Made by a program: the position numbers and the translations under genes
In this document: positions 43,005 to 54,787 of the stretch, piece by piece
Position numbering within the stretch: the first letter of the stretch is position 1
Layout of the letters: the number at the start of each line of letters is the position of its first letter
Assembly: GCA_963663405.2 (NCBI GenBank)
Contig: CAXXSM010000148.1
Span: 1 to 64,000, forward strand
Origin: a bacterium
Lineage (GTDB): Bacteria; Hinthialibacterota; Hinthialibacteria; Hinthialibacterales; Hinthialibacteraceae
Length of the DNA stretch: 64,000 nt
Direction of reading: 5' to 3'
The notes under the pieces: generated by a model
What the model was told of the DNA's origin: nothing
The model's database searches: none
The model's input: the letters and a program-made list of their open reading frames with translations, nothing else

Positions 43005-43157
43005 GTCCGATCCCTTTCTTCGGTTCTAACTTCTATTGTTTAATTAAACGTGAGCGATGAGAAAAATGTTTATATGAACATCCCCCATTACGATTGATTT
43101 CATACTATCTCCTGCTGTAAAACCATCTCCAGCCGATTATATCCGGCTAAGTGATTG

Positions 43158-44081
43158 TTAGAAAAGTGGTTCGGCTTCGTCTTTCTCCTGGAGCCGCTCC
43201 CGGCACAGCCAGGCGATTGCTTCTAGATCCAGCGTGGGGAAGAACTGACAGCGGAATTGATACGGGTGGTCTTCACTTTTTCCCGTTTCGTCCAAATGGG
43301 TGGAGACGGGAGTGACAATGCGGCCGGTTTTGTTCCGTTGAATTTCCAGCGAGCAAAGTGGGTGCGAGAGGAAACCAATGCAGCTGCAGGCTTTGCCGTT
43401 GGATCCGCTGCGTGTTATGACAAAAAACGGAGTTCCTACAACCCGATGGTTCTCTTTTGGATCTGGTTCCCAAAAAAGTTTCGATAAATGTTGTGTATTT
43501 GGCGCGTAAAAACTCTTAATATCTTTTGGAAGGAGAATATGCGCGCCGTCTTTGTCCGGAGCGCTCAGTCCATCAGGGAAGGCGATCTTTTTTAAAGAAT
43601 CGGCGTTGGAGCCTTCGATATAGCAGGAGCATTTTAAGATGGGAAAGGTTGTGGAAAGGAGATAGCGAATGGTGATGGAGGTTTCTTTATCGTCTCCCAT
43701 GACACCTGTGAGACTCACATCGTGGAAATCCTCTTCGCTTGAAGAGCGCGGCATGTAATAATTGGTTTTGAACTGAACGCCTTGTTTTCCTTTATGACCG
43801 AAACGAAATTCATTTGAATCGCTGTTTGACTCGAGTATGACGGCGCCGGATTTTTGACCGGACTGCATGGACCAAGTCATACCGGATACTTTATCCATGA
43901 TCTGGAAACGCCCACTTGGCATTCGAATCTGGAGTTGAATGCTCTGGTTGTCCAACTGGATGAGACCTGTTTTCGTTTGGGGGGATTCCGCTTTGGCGAT
44001 CATTGGGATACTCGTTTCTTTCTGTGACACTTTCCTTAAAAAGAGAAGGCGGTGATGAACCGCCTTTTTAACATTTATCAT
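43158..44081 (-). CDS. Hypothetical protein
   Basis: 307-aa ORF that looks beta-strand-rich; no family recognised. Confidence 0.55.
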   Translation of the reverse strand: MINVKKAVHHRLLFLRKVSQKETSIPMIAKAESPQTKTGLIQLDNQSIQLQIRMPSGRFQIMDKVSGMTWSMQSGQKSGAVILESNSDSNEFRFGHKGKQGVQFKTNYYMPRSSSEEDFHDVSLTGVMGDDKETSITIRYLLSTTFPILKCSCYIEGSNADSLKKIAFPDGLSAPDKDGAHILLPKDIKSFYAPNTQHLSKLFWEPDPKENHRVVGTPFFVITRSGSNGKACSCIGFLSHPLCSLEIQRNKTGRIVTPVSTHLDETGKSEDHPYQFRCQFFPTLDLEAIAWLCRERLQEKDEAEPLF

Positions 44082-44251
44082 AAGTGAGATTCAATGGGGA
44101 TTCTACCCATTGTTTTATAAATCAATACTGATGATAATGGCCTTTTAAAAATATTCGTATATCCGCATATATGCATATTTACTTTTCGCTCTTTCCGGAT
44201 ATACTTATTCATTCGACCTGAAACGATTTGTTTTGAAAGGAATTCAGCGCG

Positions 44252-47200
44252 ATGACGCGGACGGTTTCCATCCAGGAAGTTTTAAACGAACGCATTCTTG
44301 TCTTTGACGGGGCGATGGGCACATCGATCCAGAATCTCAATCTGACCGAAGAGGATTTTGGGGGGGATGGAGTATGATGGATGCAATGAATACCTCGCCA
44401 TTACCAAGCCGGCTGTGATCGATGAGATTCACCGAAGTTTTTTAGAAGCAGGCGCGGATGTGATTGAGACCGGATCTTTCGGTTCGACACCCATTGTTCT
44501 GGCTGAATATGGATTGGGAGACCGGGCGTTTGAGATCTCGAAAGTCTCGGCGGAAATCGCGCGGAAAGCCGCTGACGCCTTTTCTACATCGGATAAACCA
44601 CGGTTCGTGGCTGGTTCGATGGGACCGACTACCAAGTCAATCACCGTCATCGGTGGGATTACTTTCCAGGAACTGATCGATAATTTTCGTGAGCAGGCGA
44701 AAGGATTAATCGCTGGGGGGATCGATTTTCTCTTGCTGGAAACCGCGCAGGATACACGAAACGTCAAAGCGGGGATCATTGGCGTCAAGCAGGCGCTTCA
44801 AGAAACCGGACTCGAACTTCCTATTATGGTCAGCGGCACGATTGAGCCGATGGGAACCATGCTCGCAGGACAGGGAGTGGAAGCTCTGTATACGTCACTC
44901 GAACACGTGGGACTATTGGCGATTGGATTAAACTGCGCGACAGGGCCGCGCTTTATGACGGATCATATCCGGTCTCTTTCGGATATCGCGCAGTGCTATG
45001 TCAGCTGCGTGCCAAATGCGGGGCTTCCCGATGAAGAAGGACACTACAATGAGACGCCGGGATCAATCGCGGCGGTGTTGGAGCAATTCGTTGAGGAGGG
45101 CTGGATCAATATTCTCGGCGGATGCTGCGGCACAACGCCTCAGCATATCGCGGCCATCGCGGAGATGGTTCAAGGGAAAACACCCCGTGTTCCCACAATC
45201 CGGCGCCGGTGTCATTTCTCCGGTGTGGATTACTTGGAGTTAGATGAGGATGCGCGTCCATTGCTCGTTGGTGAGCGGACAAATGTGATCGGCAGCCGGA
45301 AATTCAAGCGATTGATCGTGGAAGAGAAATATGAGGAAGCGTCTGAGATCGGCCGTAGACAGGCGCGGAGCGGCGCGCATGTTGTTGATGTCTGTCTCGC
45401 CAATCCGGACCGGGATGAATTAAGGGATATCGAGCGGTTTCTCGAACACCAGATCAAGAAAATTAAAACACCGTTGATGATCGATTCAACCGATGCGGAT
45501 GTGATCGAGCGCGCGCTTCAATTCTGCCAAGGGAAAAGCATTATCAATTCGATCAACCTGGAGGATGGAGAGGAACGTTTCGCCCAAGTTGTTCCAATTG
45601 GGAAGCAGTATGGCGCCGCGTTTGTCGTGGGGTGCATCGATGACGATCCAGACCAGGGTATGGCAGTCACCTGCGAGCGGAAAGTGGAGATCGCCCAGCG
45701 GTCGTACGATCTATTGACAAATAAATACGGCGTGCCCCCGCAGGATATCATCTTCGATCCATTGGTCTTTCCCTGCGCGACAGGAGATGAGAATTATATC
45801 GGTTCCGCCGAACAGACCATCAACGGCGTCGCGGCGATCAAGAAAGAACTGCCTGAAACCCGTACGATTCTCGGAATCAGCAATGTTTCATTTGGATTGC
45901 CTCCGGCAGGACGTGAGATTTTGAATTCTGTTTTTCTCTATCATTGTACAAAAGCGGGATTGGATTTCGCGATTGTGAACACAGAAAAATTGGAACGATA
46001 CGCGTCAATTTCCGAGGAAGAGCGCAAACTGGCGGAAGACCTGCTCTTCAATCGGGGAGAGAATCCGATCGACGCGTTCGCCTCGTTCTACAAAGGCAAG
46101 AAGGCGAAGGAGAAAAAGCCAAAAGAAAACCAGACAGTGGAAGAGCGTTTGGCGGATTACATCATCGAAGGTTCCAAAGATGGATTGATCGAGGATCTGG
46201 AACGGGCGCGGGAGAAATATGCGCCGCTCGATATTATTAACGGGCCGTTGATGGCGGGTATGTCCGAGGTGGGCCGTCTGTTCAATAACAATGAACTGAT
46301 CGTCGCGGAAGTGCTTCAAAGCGCGGAAAGCATGAAAACGGCGGTGTCGCATCTCGAACAATTCATGGAGAAACACGAATCACAGACCCAGGTGACGATG
46401 CTTTTGGCGACGGTCAAAGGTGACGTTCACGATATCGGAAAGAACCTGGTTGAGATTATCTTTTCCAATAATGGGTACAATGTCATCGATCTTGGAATCA
46501 AAGTGGCGCCCGAAACGCTGATCGAGGCCTACCGGAAGCATCAACCCGATCTGATCGGATTGAGTGGATTATTGGTGAAATCAGCGCGCCAAATGGCGGT
46601 GACGGCGCACGATTTGAAACGGGAATCCATCGACGCGCCTGTTTTAGTCGGGGGCGCGGCGCTCTCGAATCAATTTACCCGGACGAAAATCGCGACGGAG
46701 TACGGTGGTCTGGCGATATATGCGAAAGACGCGATGAACGGCCTGGATCTCGCTAACCAGATCATGAATGACGAACGCCGGATCGAATTAGAGAATTTTG
46801 CGCGGGAAGAGACCGAACGGTTTTTGGCGAAAGCGCAGGACAAAGAGGCGCCGTTGAAAAAATCGCCCCCAAAATCCACGCCGAAATTGCGGCAGGATTA
46901 TGATATTCCCGTTCCTCCGGATTTAAAGCCGCATGTGATTGAATCGTATCCAATGGATGAGATTTTTAAATATATCAATCTCCAAACACTCCTGGGGAAA
47001 CATCTCGGCCTTAGGGGGATTGTGGATAAACTGCTGGCGGATGAGGATCTAAAAGCGATGGAGTTACATAAATTTGTGATCCAGATGTTGGATGAGATCA
47101 TCGAAAAGAACATTATTATTCCAAAAGCGGTCTACCAATTTTTCCCCGTGCGCTCTGAAGGGGATACGATTGTGATTCTCGACGCGGCGCGCAAGGTGGA

Positions 47201-47738
47201 GCGGGAGCGGATGCGGTTTCCGCGTCAATCCGAACAGAAACAGTTGTGTTTAAGCGATTATGTGGCGTCCGATCGGGAGGATTACGCGGCGATGTTTGTG
47301 ACAACCTGCGGCGCGCCGGGTGTCTCGGAATGGACCGCGCGGTATAAGAAGGATGGCGAGTATCTCAAGTCGCATATTCTCCAAGCGTTGGCCATCGAAA
47401 GCGCGGAAGGATTCGCCGAACTGCTGCATGAGAAACTCCGCGATATGTGGGGCATCTCCGATCCACCTGAATTGACGATGAAAGAAAAAATGCAGGCAAA
47501 ATACCGGGGAATCCGTGTCAGTTTCGGTTACCCCGCCTGCCCCCGTATGGAAGATCAAACCCAGCTCTTCGCCCTCCTGGACGTGGAACGGCGTATCCAA
47601 GTCTCCCTAACGGAAAACTATATGATGGACCCGGAAGCGTCCGTCTCAGCTCTAGTGTTCCATCATCCAGATGGAAATTATTTCAATATCCCAGAGAAGG
47701 ATATCGAAGCGTTTGAGGCGGCTTTAGTAGGGGATTAA
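44252..47738 (+). CDS. metH: Cobalamin-dependent methionine synthase (extra G in the G7 run at 44360-44366)
   Basis: RBS and ATG 44252 give ILVFDGAMGT. Main ORF has GLNCATGP, GGCCGTTP, GERTN, KGDVHDIGKN, GYPACP. Confidence 0.96.
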
Positions 47739-47862
47739 GTTGAAGACTGAAGACTGAAGGCTGAAGGGAAAGGCAAATCACATTTGATGTGGCTGCCAAA
47801 AGATACTGCAAGATGAAACTCATCTATCTATTGCGTTTGGTTTTAACCACAATCTAACATTC

Positions 47863-48566
47863 TCACCAGGATCCCTTTGAGGATAAATCTTCAGATGAAA
47901 GACGTTCGAGTTTTTTAATCCATGACTCAAAATGAGGGCATTTCTCCCGCAAATGTTCCAATCCGATTTTGTTAACCGCTTCAGGACCGGCTATTACTTT
48001 TTGACCTTCATATTCCGGAATTTCTTTTATAATCCGCTTTGATGGCGCTGTTTGTTCTCCATCATCAATCAATTCGGGAGATGCGACATTTTTACATTGA
48101 TTTTCAAGATATCGTATCGCAGATTCTTTTTCAAAAAATCTATCTAAAAGTTTGCTTGGATCGGTGAGAACGAGCGCTTCGAATTCATGCAGCTGAATAT
48201 AAGGGATAAAATTAGTAGAGCCGATGTCTTTCAAGAATTCTTCTTCCAACCGCTCTACTCGCAGATAGGGATTACTACAATTACAGGCGTCTTCATATCC
48301 AGGAAAATCCACTGGAGCGCATACAGATCGAACATTGTCGTAAAAAATGCGTCTGGCTTCCGATCTTCTTTCATCCATAAAGATATATCTTTTTTTGCCT
48401 TTTTATAACTAATCATTCCTCCACGAAAAATCTGATTTTTCTTTCGTCCAGTTTCGACGCAACGTATGCTTGTAGATATTCCAAAATGTCCGAGATGATC
48501 GACTAAGACAAGATTAACAAACGCCTCTTCTGTTTGTCCTTCCACGATCATATTCAGACGAATCAT
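47863..48566 (-). CDS. DUF4276 family (TOPRIM-like) protein (frameshifted)
   Basis: IVEGQTEEAFV, FTTMFDLYAL, FIPYIQLHEFEAL, PELIDDG..TAPSKRI, CPHF..W. Confidence 0.85.
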
Positions 48567-49711
48567 TTATAAGGTCTCCCCCCAATCACGTTCTTCTCCC
48601 ATAATTCAGCGAGTGAATATTCATCAAGCCACTCCTTCAATCTCTTCGTCTCAAGACGTTTAAAAATCGATTCTCTCCCTTTTCGTTCTACAACAATAAT
48701 ATCTTTAGGATCGAATCGATCGACTAAGGCGGCTGACTGTGTCGCTAGGATGACTTGCGTAGAAAGAGAAACACTCTTGATTAAACCCATTATGATTTCT
48801 ATCGCATGGGGATGCAGACTGAGTTCCGGTTCGTCAATAATAAGAATTTGGGGTTGAGATTGTTGGGGAACTAATAACAAAGTCACGAGCGCCATAATAC
48901 GCAAAGTTCCATCAGATGCGAAATAAGGACTGTATATCAAATCGGAACCTTGCTCGCGCCATTGTAAAAGAAGGCCTTCTTTCTCCGGTTCCTTCTCCGA
49001 TTTCTGCTCATGTTCAAATACAAAATCATCAAAAAAAGGCAGGAGAAGACGAATTGTTTCAACGATTCTTTGATAATACTTGAATTTCATTTTCTTCAAT
49101 CGATAGAGAAACGGCGCGAGATTTCCTCCATCTTTTTTTAAAAAATGCCCATCATTCACATCCCATTTATTACGAATTCGCGACGTTTCGGATGTGTTGT
49201 GAAAGTGGTACACAATGCTGGCTTCCATCAGATTACGAATATCCTCTTCATAAATATAATCATGCGCTTTATCTATGAGTTTGGTTTCTTTGTAGTTTGT
49301 TTCTGAGAATAACACGCGCCCATTACCATCTATACCTGATCTTTTTAGTTCCTCCATGAAGAATACTAATGTATCATTTGCGTAGGGACATAATCTCAGA
49401 GTATATTGGCAGTGACCACTTTTTGTTTGAAAGGCAAGGCGCGCTTCGATTTTCTTCGATGTTTCTTCTCCTTCGAAGAGCAGTCTATTCGCTCCACCAC
49501 TGTTAGAAACAAAGTTTTGAAAATTACCAGATAAACCAGTCACCATCCAGTTCAGCATTCTAAAAAAATCCAGCAGATTTGATTTCCCCGCCCCATTCGG
49601 ACCAATTAGAACATTGATTTGTCCTAGAGTGAGATTTTCAAGTTTACGAATGGATTTAAATCCTTGGATATTTAATTGCGTCAACGCGTTCATAATATAT
49701 GACTCCAGCAA
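48563..49711 (-). CDS. AAA_21/ABC-type ATPase
   Basis: Walker A GPNGAGKSN, SDGTLR signature, IDEPELSLHP, ATQS, terminal LWEKNVIGGRP. Confidence 0.9.
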   Translation of the reverse strand: MLESYIMNALTQLNIQGFKSIRKLENLTLGQINVLIGPNGAGKSNLLDFFRMLNWMVTGLSGNFQNFVSNSGGANRLLFEGEETSKKIEARLAFQTKSGHCQYTLRLCPYANDTLVFFMEELKRSGIDGNGRVLFSETNYKETKLIDKAHDYIYEEDIRNLMEASIVYHFHNTSETSRIRNKWDVNDGHFLKKDGGNLAPFLYRLKKMKFKYYQRIVETIRLLLPFFDDFVFEHEQKSEKEPEKEGLLLQWREQGSDLIYSPYFASDGTLRIMALVTLLLVPQQSQPQILIIDEPELSLHPHAIEIIMGLIKSVSLSTQVILATQSAALVDRFDPKDIIVVERKGRESIFKRLETKRLKEWLDEYSLAELWEKNVIGGRPYK

Positions 49712-49739
49712 ATGTGAACGTGAGTTAGTTTAATATATC

Positions 49740-50381
49740 TCACTCCGTCGGTGGGAGGATCTTGACTCGCCGTCCTTCTACGCGCAGGCGGTTTTCGTGG
49801 AAGAGGCGAATGGCTCGTGGGTAAATCTCACGTTCGGCGGCTTGCACCCGCTCCGCGAGGGATTCCGGCGTGTCTTCGTCATAGACTTCGACGGCTTTCT
49901 GCAGGATGATCGGACCGGTGTCGTAATTCTCGTCAACGAAATGGACTGTTGTTCCCGATATCTTCACTCCCATTTCGATGACCGCTTCATGGACGTGATG
50001 TCCGAAGACGCCCTTCCCGCAAAACGAGGGAATTAACGCAGGATGGATGTTCATGATTCGTCCGTAATATTTTGGATCGGTTCGGAAGAGAGACATATAA
50101 CCGGCGAGTACGATTAAATCCGGATTCACTTCTATCACCGCGTCAGACACCGCTTGGTTGAATTTTTCCCAGGAAGGATATTCTTTCCGTGGGAAGACCC
50201 GCGCTGGGATATTGTGTTTTTTGGCCCGTTCAATACCGTAGGCGTCATTTTGACTGCTGATCACAAGAATGATCTCAATGGGCAACTCACCCGCTTCCAT
50301 CAGATCGATCAGATTTTGCAACGTAGTTCCACTGCCGGACAGCAGCACGGCCACTTTTAGACGCTTCTTTACCATTGTCAT
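49740..50381 (-). CDS. purN: Phosphoribosylglycinamide formyltransferase
   Basis: LLSGSGTTLQ, LAGYM, NIHPALIP.F.G, GTTVHFVD..YDTGPII.Q. Confidence 0.96.
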   Translation of the reverse strand: MTMVKKRLKVAVLLSGSGTTLQNLIDLMEAGELPIEIILVISSQNDAYGIERAKKHNIPARVFPRKEYPSWEKFNQAVSDAVIEVNPDLIVLAGYMSLFRTDPKYYGRIMNIHPALIPSFCGKGVFGHHVHEAVIEMGVKISGTTVHFVDENYDTGPIILQKAVEVYDEDTPESLAERVQAAEREIYPRAIRLFHENRLRVEGRRVKILPPTE

Positions 50382-51175
50382 GATTCTCCTTCATTACAAA
50401 ATATCTCGCGCAGGCGCCGTATGGATCGCGCCGCGCGTTCATCGGGCGGTTCGCTGTCTTCCCCCGCGACAGCCGTCAGCCATCCCTGATAGTGTAATCG
50501 ATCCAGTTCGATCTTCACACTTTTAAAATCAACGCATCCCTCCCCCAACACACAAAATGTCTCCGATTCCTCCTTGGATAAATCCTGCACATGAACGTAT
50601 TGGATACAACTCCCATAAATCTGAATGATCCGCGCCGGATCGGCTTCCATCAATTGCAGATGGGCGGTATCGGGACAGAAGAAGACCGTGTTTGTGTCCA
50701 CTAGATTTAACAAGCGATCGATCTCCTCTTCCGACTGAACGCGGTCTCCCCGTTGCGGAAGAAAATAAGTATAGAGGTCGTAGTCAAGACAACACTTAGC
50801 CAGTTCGTTTATCGCCTCCGCCATCACTTTGAAATCCGTTCGGATATCGCTCACTAATTCGCGGCTTCCCGTTGATACGACGAGATGCCGCGCTCCCATC
50901 GTATGTAGAAACGCCGCAATGGGAACATGGCGGTGGATTGTCTCTTCGCGCATCTCCGGAATGGACCAATCCCCGCCACCCATAACGGCGGTCAATTCAA
51001 GACGGCAGGTTCGCAGCCGTTCTTGCAGCAGTTCCGTCCGGTCTCCGAAACGCTCTACAAGGAACGTATCTCCTTCGATTCCCGCGAATCCACTTTCCGC
51101 GCTGTCCTCGATCGCCTGTTCGATTCGATCGGAGGGCCATGCGCTGGTTTGAAACGCAAACGTATATCGGCTCAT
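50378..51175 (-). CDS. Sugar phosphate isomerase/epimerase (IolE-like TIM barrel)
   Basis: GFAGIE, CPDTAHL...DP, YVHVQD, LGEG.VDF, Y.GWL. Confidence 0.75.
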   Translation of the reverse strand: MSRYTFAFQTSAWPSDRIEQAIEDSAESGFAGIEGDTFLVERFGDRTELLQERLRTCRLELTAVMGGGDWSIPEMREETIHRHVPIAAFLHTMGARHLVVSTGSRELVSDIRTDFKVMAEAINELAKCCLDYDLYTYFLPQRGDRVQSEEEIDRLLNLVDTNTVFFCPDTAHLQLMEADPARIIQIYGSCIQYVHVQDLSKEESETFCVLGEGCVDFKSVKIELDRLHYQGWLTAVAGEDSEPPDERAARSIRRLREIFCNEGES

Positions 51176-51286
51176 CTTCCATTTCTCCGGTTGTGCTCAT
51201 ATCGTATAACAGGACGTAGTAACACGGTAGGATTGAAAATGAATTTCACAACGCCGGTTAAAAAAACGGCGGGAAAGTTATGCGAC

Positions 51287-51766
51287 ATGGATACGATCGA
51301 ATTTCATCCCATTGGAGTGATCCACTCTCCCTATTCCAATCCCATCGGTATGCCGATACAAACTCAGGGCGCTAAAAACACTCCTGGAACCATTACATTA
51401 AATGAACAGTATAAAGAAGGTCTACTCGATTTGGATGGCTTTTCTCATTTGATTCTTCTCTATCATTTTCATTTATCAAAAGAATATAAATTAACGGTCA
51501 AACCTTATTTGGATGATGTTCCTCACGGTGTCTTCGCCACACGCGCGCCAAAACGCCCCAATCCAATCGGCCTTTCGATTGTAAGGTTAGAGAAAATTGA
51601 GGATACGGTATTGCACATACTTGATGTCGATATAGTCGATGGAACACCGTTGCTCGATATTAAACCTTACGTGCCGCAATTCAATCCATCTTCGTCTATC
51701 CGGTCAGGTTGGCTTACTGATAAAGCAAGTTTCGCCACGGAAAAAAAGTCCGATACGAGGATCTGA
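51287..51766 (+). CDS. tsaA: tRNA (N6-threonylcarbamoyladenosine-37)-methyltransferase TrmO
   Basis: PIGVIHSPY, GFSHL.LLYHFH, GVFATRAPKRPNPIGLS, DGTPLLDIKPY. Confidence 0.93.
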   Translation: MDTIEFHPIGVIHSPYSNPIGMPIQTQGAKNTPGTITLNEQYKEGLLDLDGFSHLILLYHFHLSKEYKLTVKPYLDDVPHGVFATRAPKRPNPIGLSIVRLEKIEDTVLHILDVDIVDGTPLLDIKPYVPQFNPSSSIRSGWLTDKASFATEKKSDTRI

Positions 51767-51768
51767 AT

Positions 51769-52104
51769 CTATTCCCCCCGGCTGATCGCCTCCACATGCT
51801 CCCGGACTACTTCCGGGGGGGAATCCTTTACCAATTTACGAAACGCTAGAAAGAGAAACAACACATCATCCACTCGCCCCAAAAATAGAAAGGGAAAATC
51901 CCGGATCAGATCGATCGGACAAAAGAAATAAATAATCGAAGCGTAACAAAGAAATTTTAAATAAAATGGTACCCGTGGATCGTTCAGCAACCGGTAAAAC
52001 AACCGGATAAAACTGGGGAGATGAATCAAAAACGTAAGGATCTTTAATGGAGAAAACCGTCCGGCGGTTTGAAGAATACGGCTGAAACGGAATGGATTGG
52101 CCAC
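51769..52104 (-). CDS. DUF1232/YkvA family membrane protein
   Basis: DPRVP..K...Y...PIDLI.D....G..DD. Confidence 0.85.
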   Translation of the reverse strand: MANPFRFSRILQTAGRFSPLKILTFLIHLPSFIRLFYRLLNDPRVPFYLKFLCYASIIYFFCPIDLIRDFPFLFLGRVDDVLFLFLAFRKLVKDSPPEVVREHVEAISRGE

Positions 52105-52110
52105 GTCTCT

Positions 52111-53521
52111 TTATAACCCCAATCTTTGCCGCAGCGTATTGCGGGAGATCCCCAGCAATTTGGCGGCTTGTACCTGATTGCCCTTTGTATGTGTCATCGC
52201 CCGTTTGGCCAGTTCCGCCTCTAACCAAAAATAGATTTTCATCGGGCGGCTTTCCTGTCGCTTGAGGATTTCCTTCCACAACCGATCCAGCGCGGTTTCC
52301 CAAATCTCCTTCGACGCGGCCTTCGCGTGGACTTTCCTCCGTGACGATGGATCTCTCAACAAGCCGTCCCTGGGGCAAGAGATGTTCCACAGCGATCACA
52401 CCGCTTTGCGAGAGAAGCAACGCCCGTTGAACAGAATTTTCTAATTCCCGCACATTTCCGGGCCAGTCGTGATTCTCCAGGTAATCCGCCGCTTCTTTCG
52501 AAAGTTGCAATGAATCGTATCCCGCCCGTCTGGCGAAATATCGCGCGAGGATCGGGATGTCTTCTTTGCGCTCCCGCAAAGGTGGCAGATGAATTGTCAC
52601 CACTTGCAAACGGTAGAACAGGTCTTCACGGAATTCACCCTTCTTTACTCTTTGTGTCAAATCACGATTGGTCGCGGCGATAATCCGGACGTCGGTCTGT
52701 AGAATCTCCTTGCCTCCAACTCGTTGAAATGTCCGATCTTGGAGGATACGAAGGAGTTTTCCCTGTGTTACTAGACTCAATTCCCCGATCTCATCTAAAA
52801 AGATCGTGCCGCCGCGCGCCTGCTCGAATTTCCCAATGCGCCGTTCATGCGCCCCGGAGAACGCCCCTTTCTCGTGCCCGAACAGTTCACTCTCCAAAAG
52901 CGATTCGGGAATCGCAGCGCAGTTTAAAGGAAGAAAGAGATTGTCTTTACGCGGACTGTGGCTGTAAATCGCCCGAGCGACCAGTTCCTTGCCTGTCCCG
53001 CTCTCGCCCGTAATCAACGCCAGCGCGTCGCTGCCGGTCACCCGCCCAATTAGTTTATATACTTCCTGCATCGCGGGGGAGTTTCCCACAAGCACATCAT
53101 CGGATGACGAGAGCCCCTCTTTTACCCCCCAGACAACAGATTTTTGCATCATCCGCCGGATCGAGAGCGCGTCACGAATCAACTCCATCATCTTGGGCGG
53201 ATCGAAGGGTTTCAACGCATAGTCATAGGCTCCCAGCCGCGTCGCTTCGATGGCCGAATTCGTCGTTGAGTAGGCTGTCATGATGATGACCGGGATCTGA
53301 CGGTTTTTTTTTGCGATCTCGCTTAAGGCGGTCAAACCATCCATTCCCTTCATCTTGATATCCATCAAGATCAAATCCGGTGTCATTCGTTCGAGAATCG
53401 TGAGCGCTTCTTCCCCCGAATACGCGCTGGATATTGAACAGTTTAGAGGCGACAAGAACCGCCGGAACGAGTAATGGACATCTTCTTCATCATCGACAAT
53501 CAATATAGCCGATTCATCCAT
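52111..53521 (-). CDS. Sigma54-dependent response regulator, NtrC family (frameshift before the HTH)
   Basis: REC domain (VDDE, MDIKM, KPF), GESGTGKELVA, GAFSGA, WPGNVREL. Fis-type HTH GNQVQAAKLLGISRNTLR in ORF 52111-52362. Confidence 0.92.
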
Positions 53522-53594
53522 GGTGAATCATCCTCATATCTCTTTTGGATTTCCTCTGTCCCGGCTTTTATATATGAAAATGAGTCTCAAGCAT

Positions 53595-53673
53595 GTAGGG
53601 TGGTTCGCATCTTTTTGAGGCGCCATTTTCGCAAATCATTCCCGGTGGGTCGATAAAGGGTGACCCACCCTAC
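53595..53673. repeat. GTAG-type REP doublet (REPIN-like)
   Basis: GTAGGGTGG at 53595 and inverted CCACCCTAC ending at 53673, with an internal GGTGGGTC/GACCCACC hairpin. Confidence 0.65.
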
Positions 53674-53852
53674 CGCTTCCGCGACTCATTTTCATTTGCA
53701 GTAGTGATCTTCTATCATAATGGTTCCTATGAAATGAAAATCACGGTAATTGACTCTAGCGCTGTTTTGAATACTGTATTATTATAGCGTCGCCAACGCA
53801 AATGGTCGCCCGCTAGGGTGACCCGATTTTATTTGGTGAATGGGATACACTC

Positions 53853-54344
53853 ATGGTAGATGATTTTTCTTTTAACGAAAACGGCATAGAGATGGAAAAT
53901 GAAGAATCCATTGAAGAGCGTCAGACGATTCGTACGAAGATCGGTCCCGGCGCCTTCCTCCAAGGAACCCTTCAGCTGAAACAAGGGATGGAAATCCTGG
54001 GGAATTTTAAAGGGGATATCCTATCCAACAGCCGGGTAAAAGTGCTGAAGGGTGGACATCTGGAAGGATCGGTGGACGCGTTTGACGTCACCGTGGAAGG
54101 CGAGGCGAAGGTCGCATCTATGAATGCGCGGAAACGTTTCGCCGTCACAGGGGAGGGTAAATTCACCGGAACGTTGGACATCCAACCCGAAGAGATAGTC
54201 CTTTCCGAATACGCCTTGTTCGGCTCAAACGATGAAATCGCGGAAGAATTCGCAAAGACATACACTAGTCCCCACCCATCTTCCATTCAAGAGAAGAAAG
54301 AAATCTCTCTCCCAGACCAGGCAGACGAAAACGGCGAATCATAA
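53853..54344 (+). CDS. Bactofilin-like polymer-forming cytoskeletal protein
   Basis: T.IGPG..L.G.L...I.G.F.G.I...V.V...G.L.G.V.A..V.V.G beta-helix pattern. Confidence 0.75.
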   Translation: MVDDFSFNENGIEMENEESIEERQTIRTKIGPGAFLQGTLQLKQGMEILGNFKGDILSNSRVKVLKGGHLEGSVDAFDVTVEGEAKVASMNARKRFAVTGEGKFTGTLDIQPEEIVLSEYALFGSNDEIAEEFAKTYTSPHPSSIQEKKEISLPDQADENGES

Positions 54345-54787
54345 AATGATCCTGCGCTTTCCCTATCGATACATTGAGACTCCTTTCTTCGTTTTATGAA
54401 ATTCTTATATGGTTTTAATATCTATTGAATCACCATCTAATTTATAGTACTATTAAAATCGAATTCTAGAAAACATATTTGTAATCGGTCAACCATCTGA
54501 AGTGATAGATTCCTCCCTCAAACCTATGGGGAGAATCAGTTTCTTGATGATTGTCGCTATATCACTTCATGTGACTGACCTGATGCGCATATTTAACCAC
54601 CGTGTAGAGTGAAAAGCAATTGCAAATATCAAAATTGACACACACTCATTAAATCGTTTTTGGGATCAACCCATCTGTTTCGAGCGTTAAACTGAGTTCA
54701 AGAGAAAACGTTTTTACGTCATGTCCCTTAATAAATACTAGAAGAAGTGACGGCGCCACCCGCCACTTCTTACTTTATAAGAGCCAA

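Noticed and set aside
44082-44251. SAM or cobalamin riboswitch upstream of metH
   Set aside because: Only a simple GTATATCCG/CGGATATAC inverted repeat is present; no conserved aptamer cores were seen.
47741-47768. TGAAGAC/TGAAGGC heptamer tandem after metH
   Set aside because: Only about four units of a common short intergenic repeat; no associated structure.
50927-51286. Long N-terminal extension on TrmO
   Set aside because: It overlaps the opposite-strand epimerase gene; homology begins at ATG 51287.
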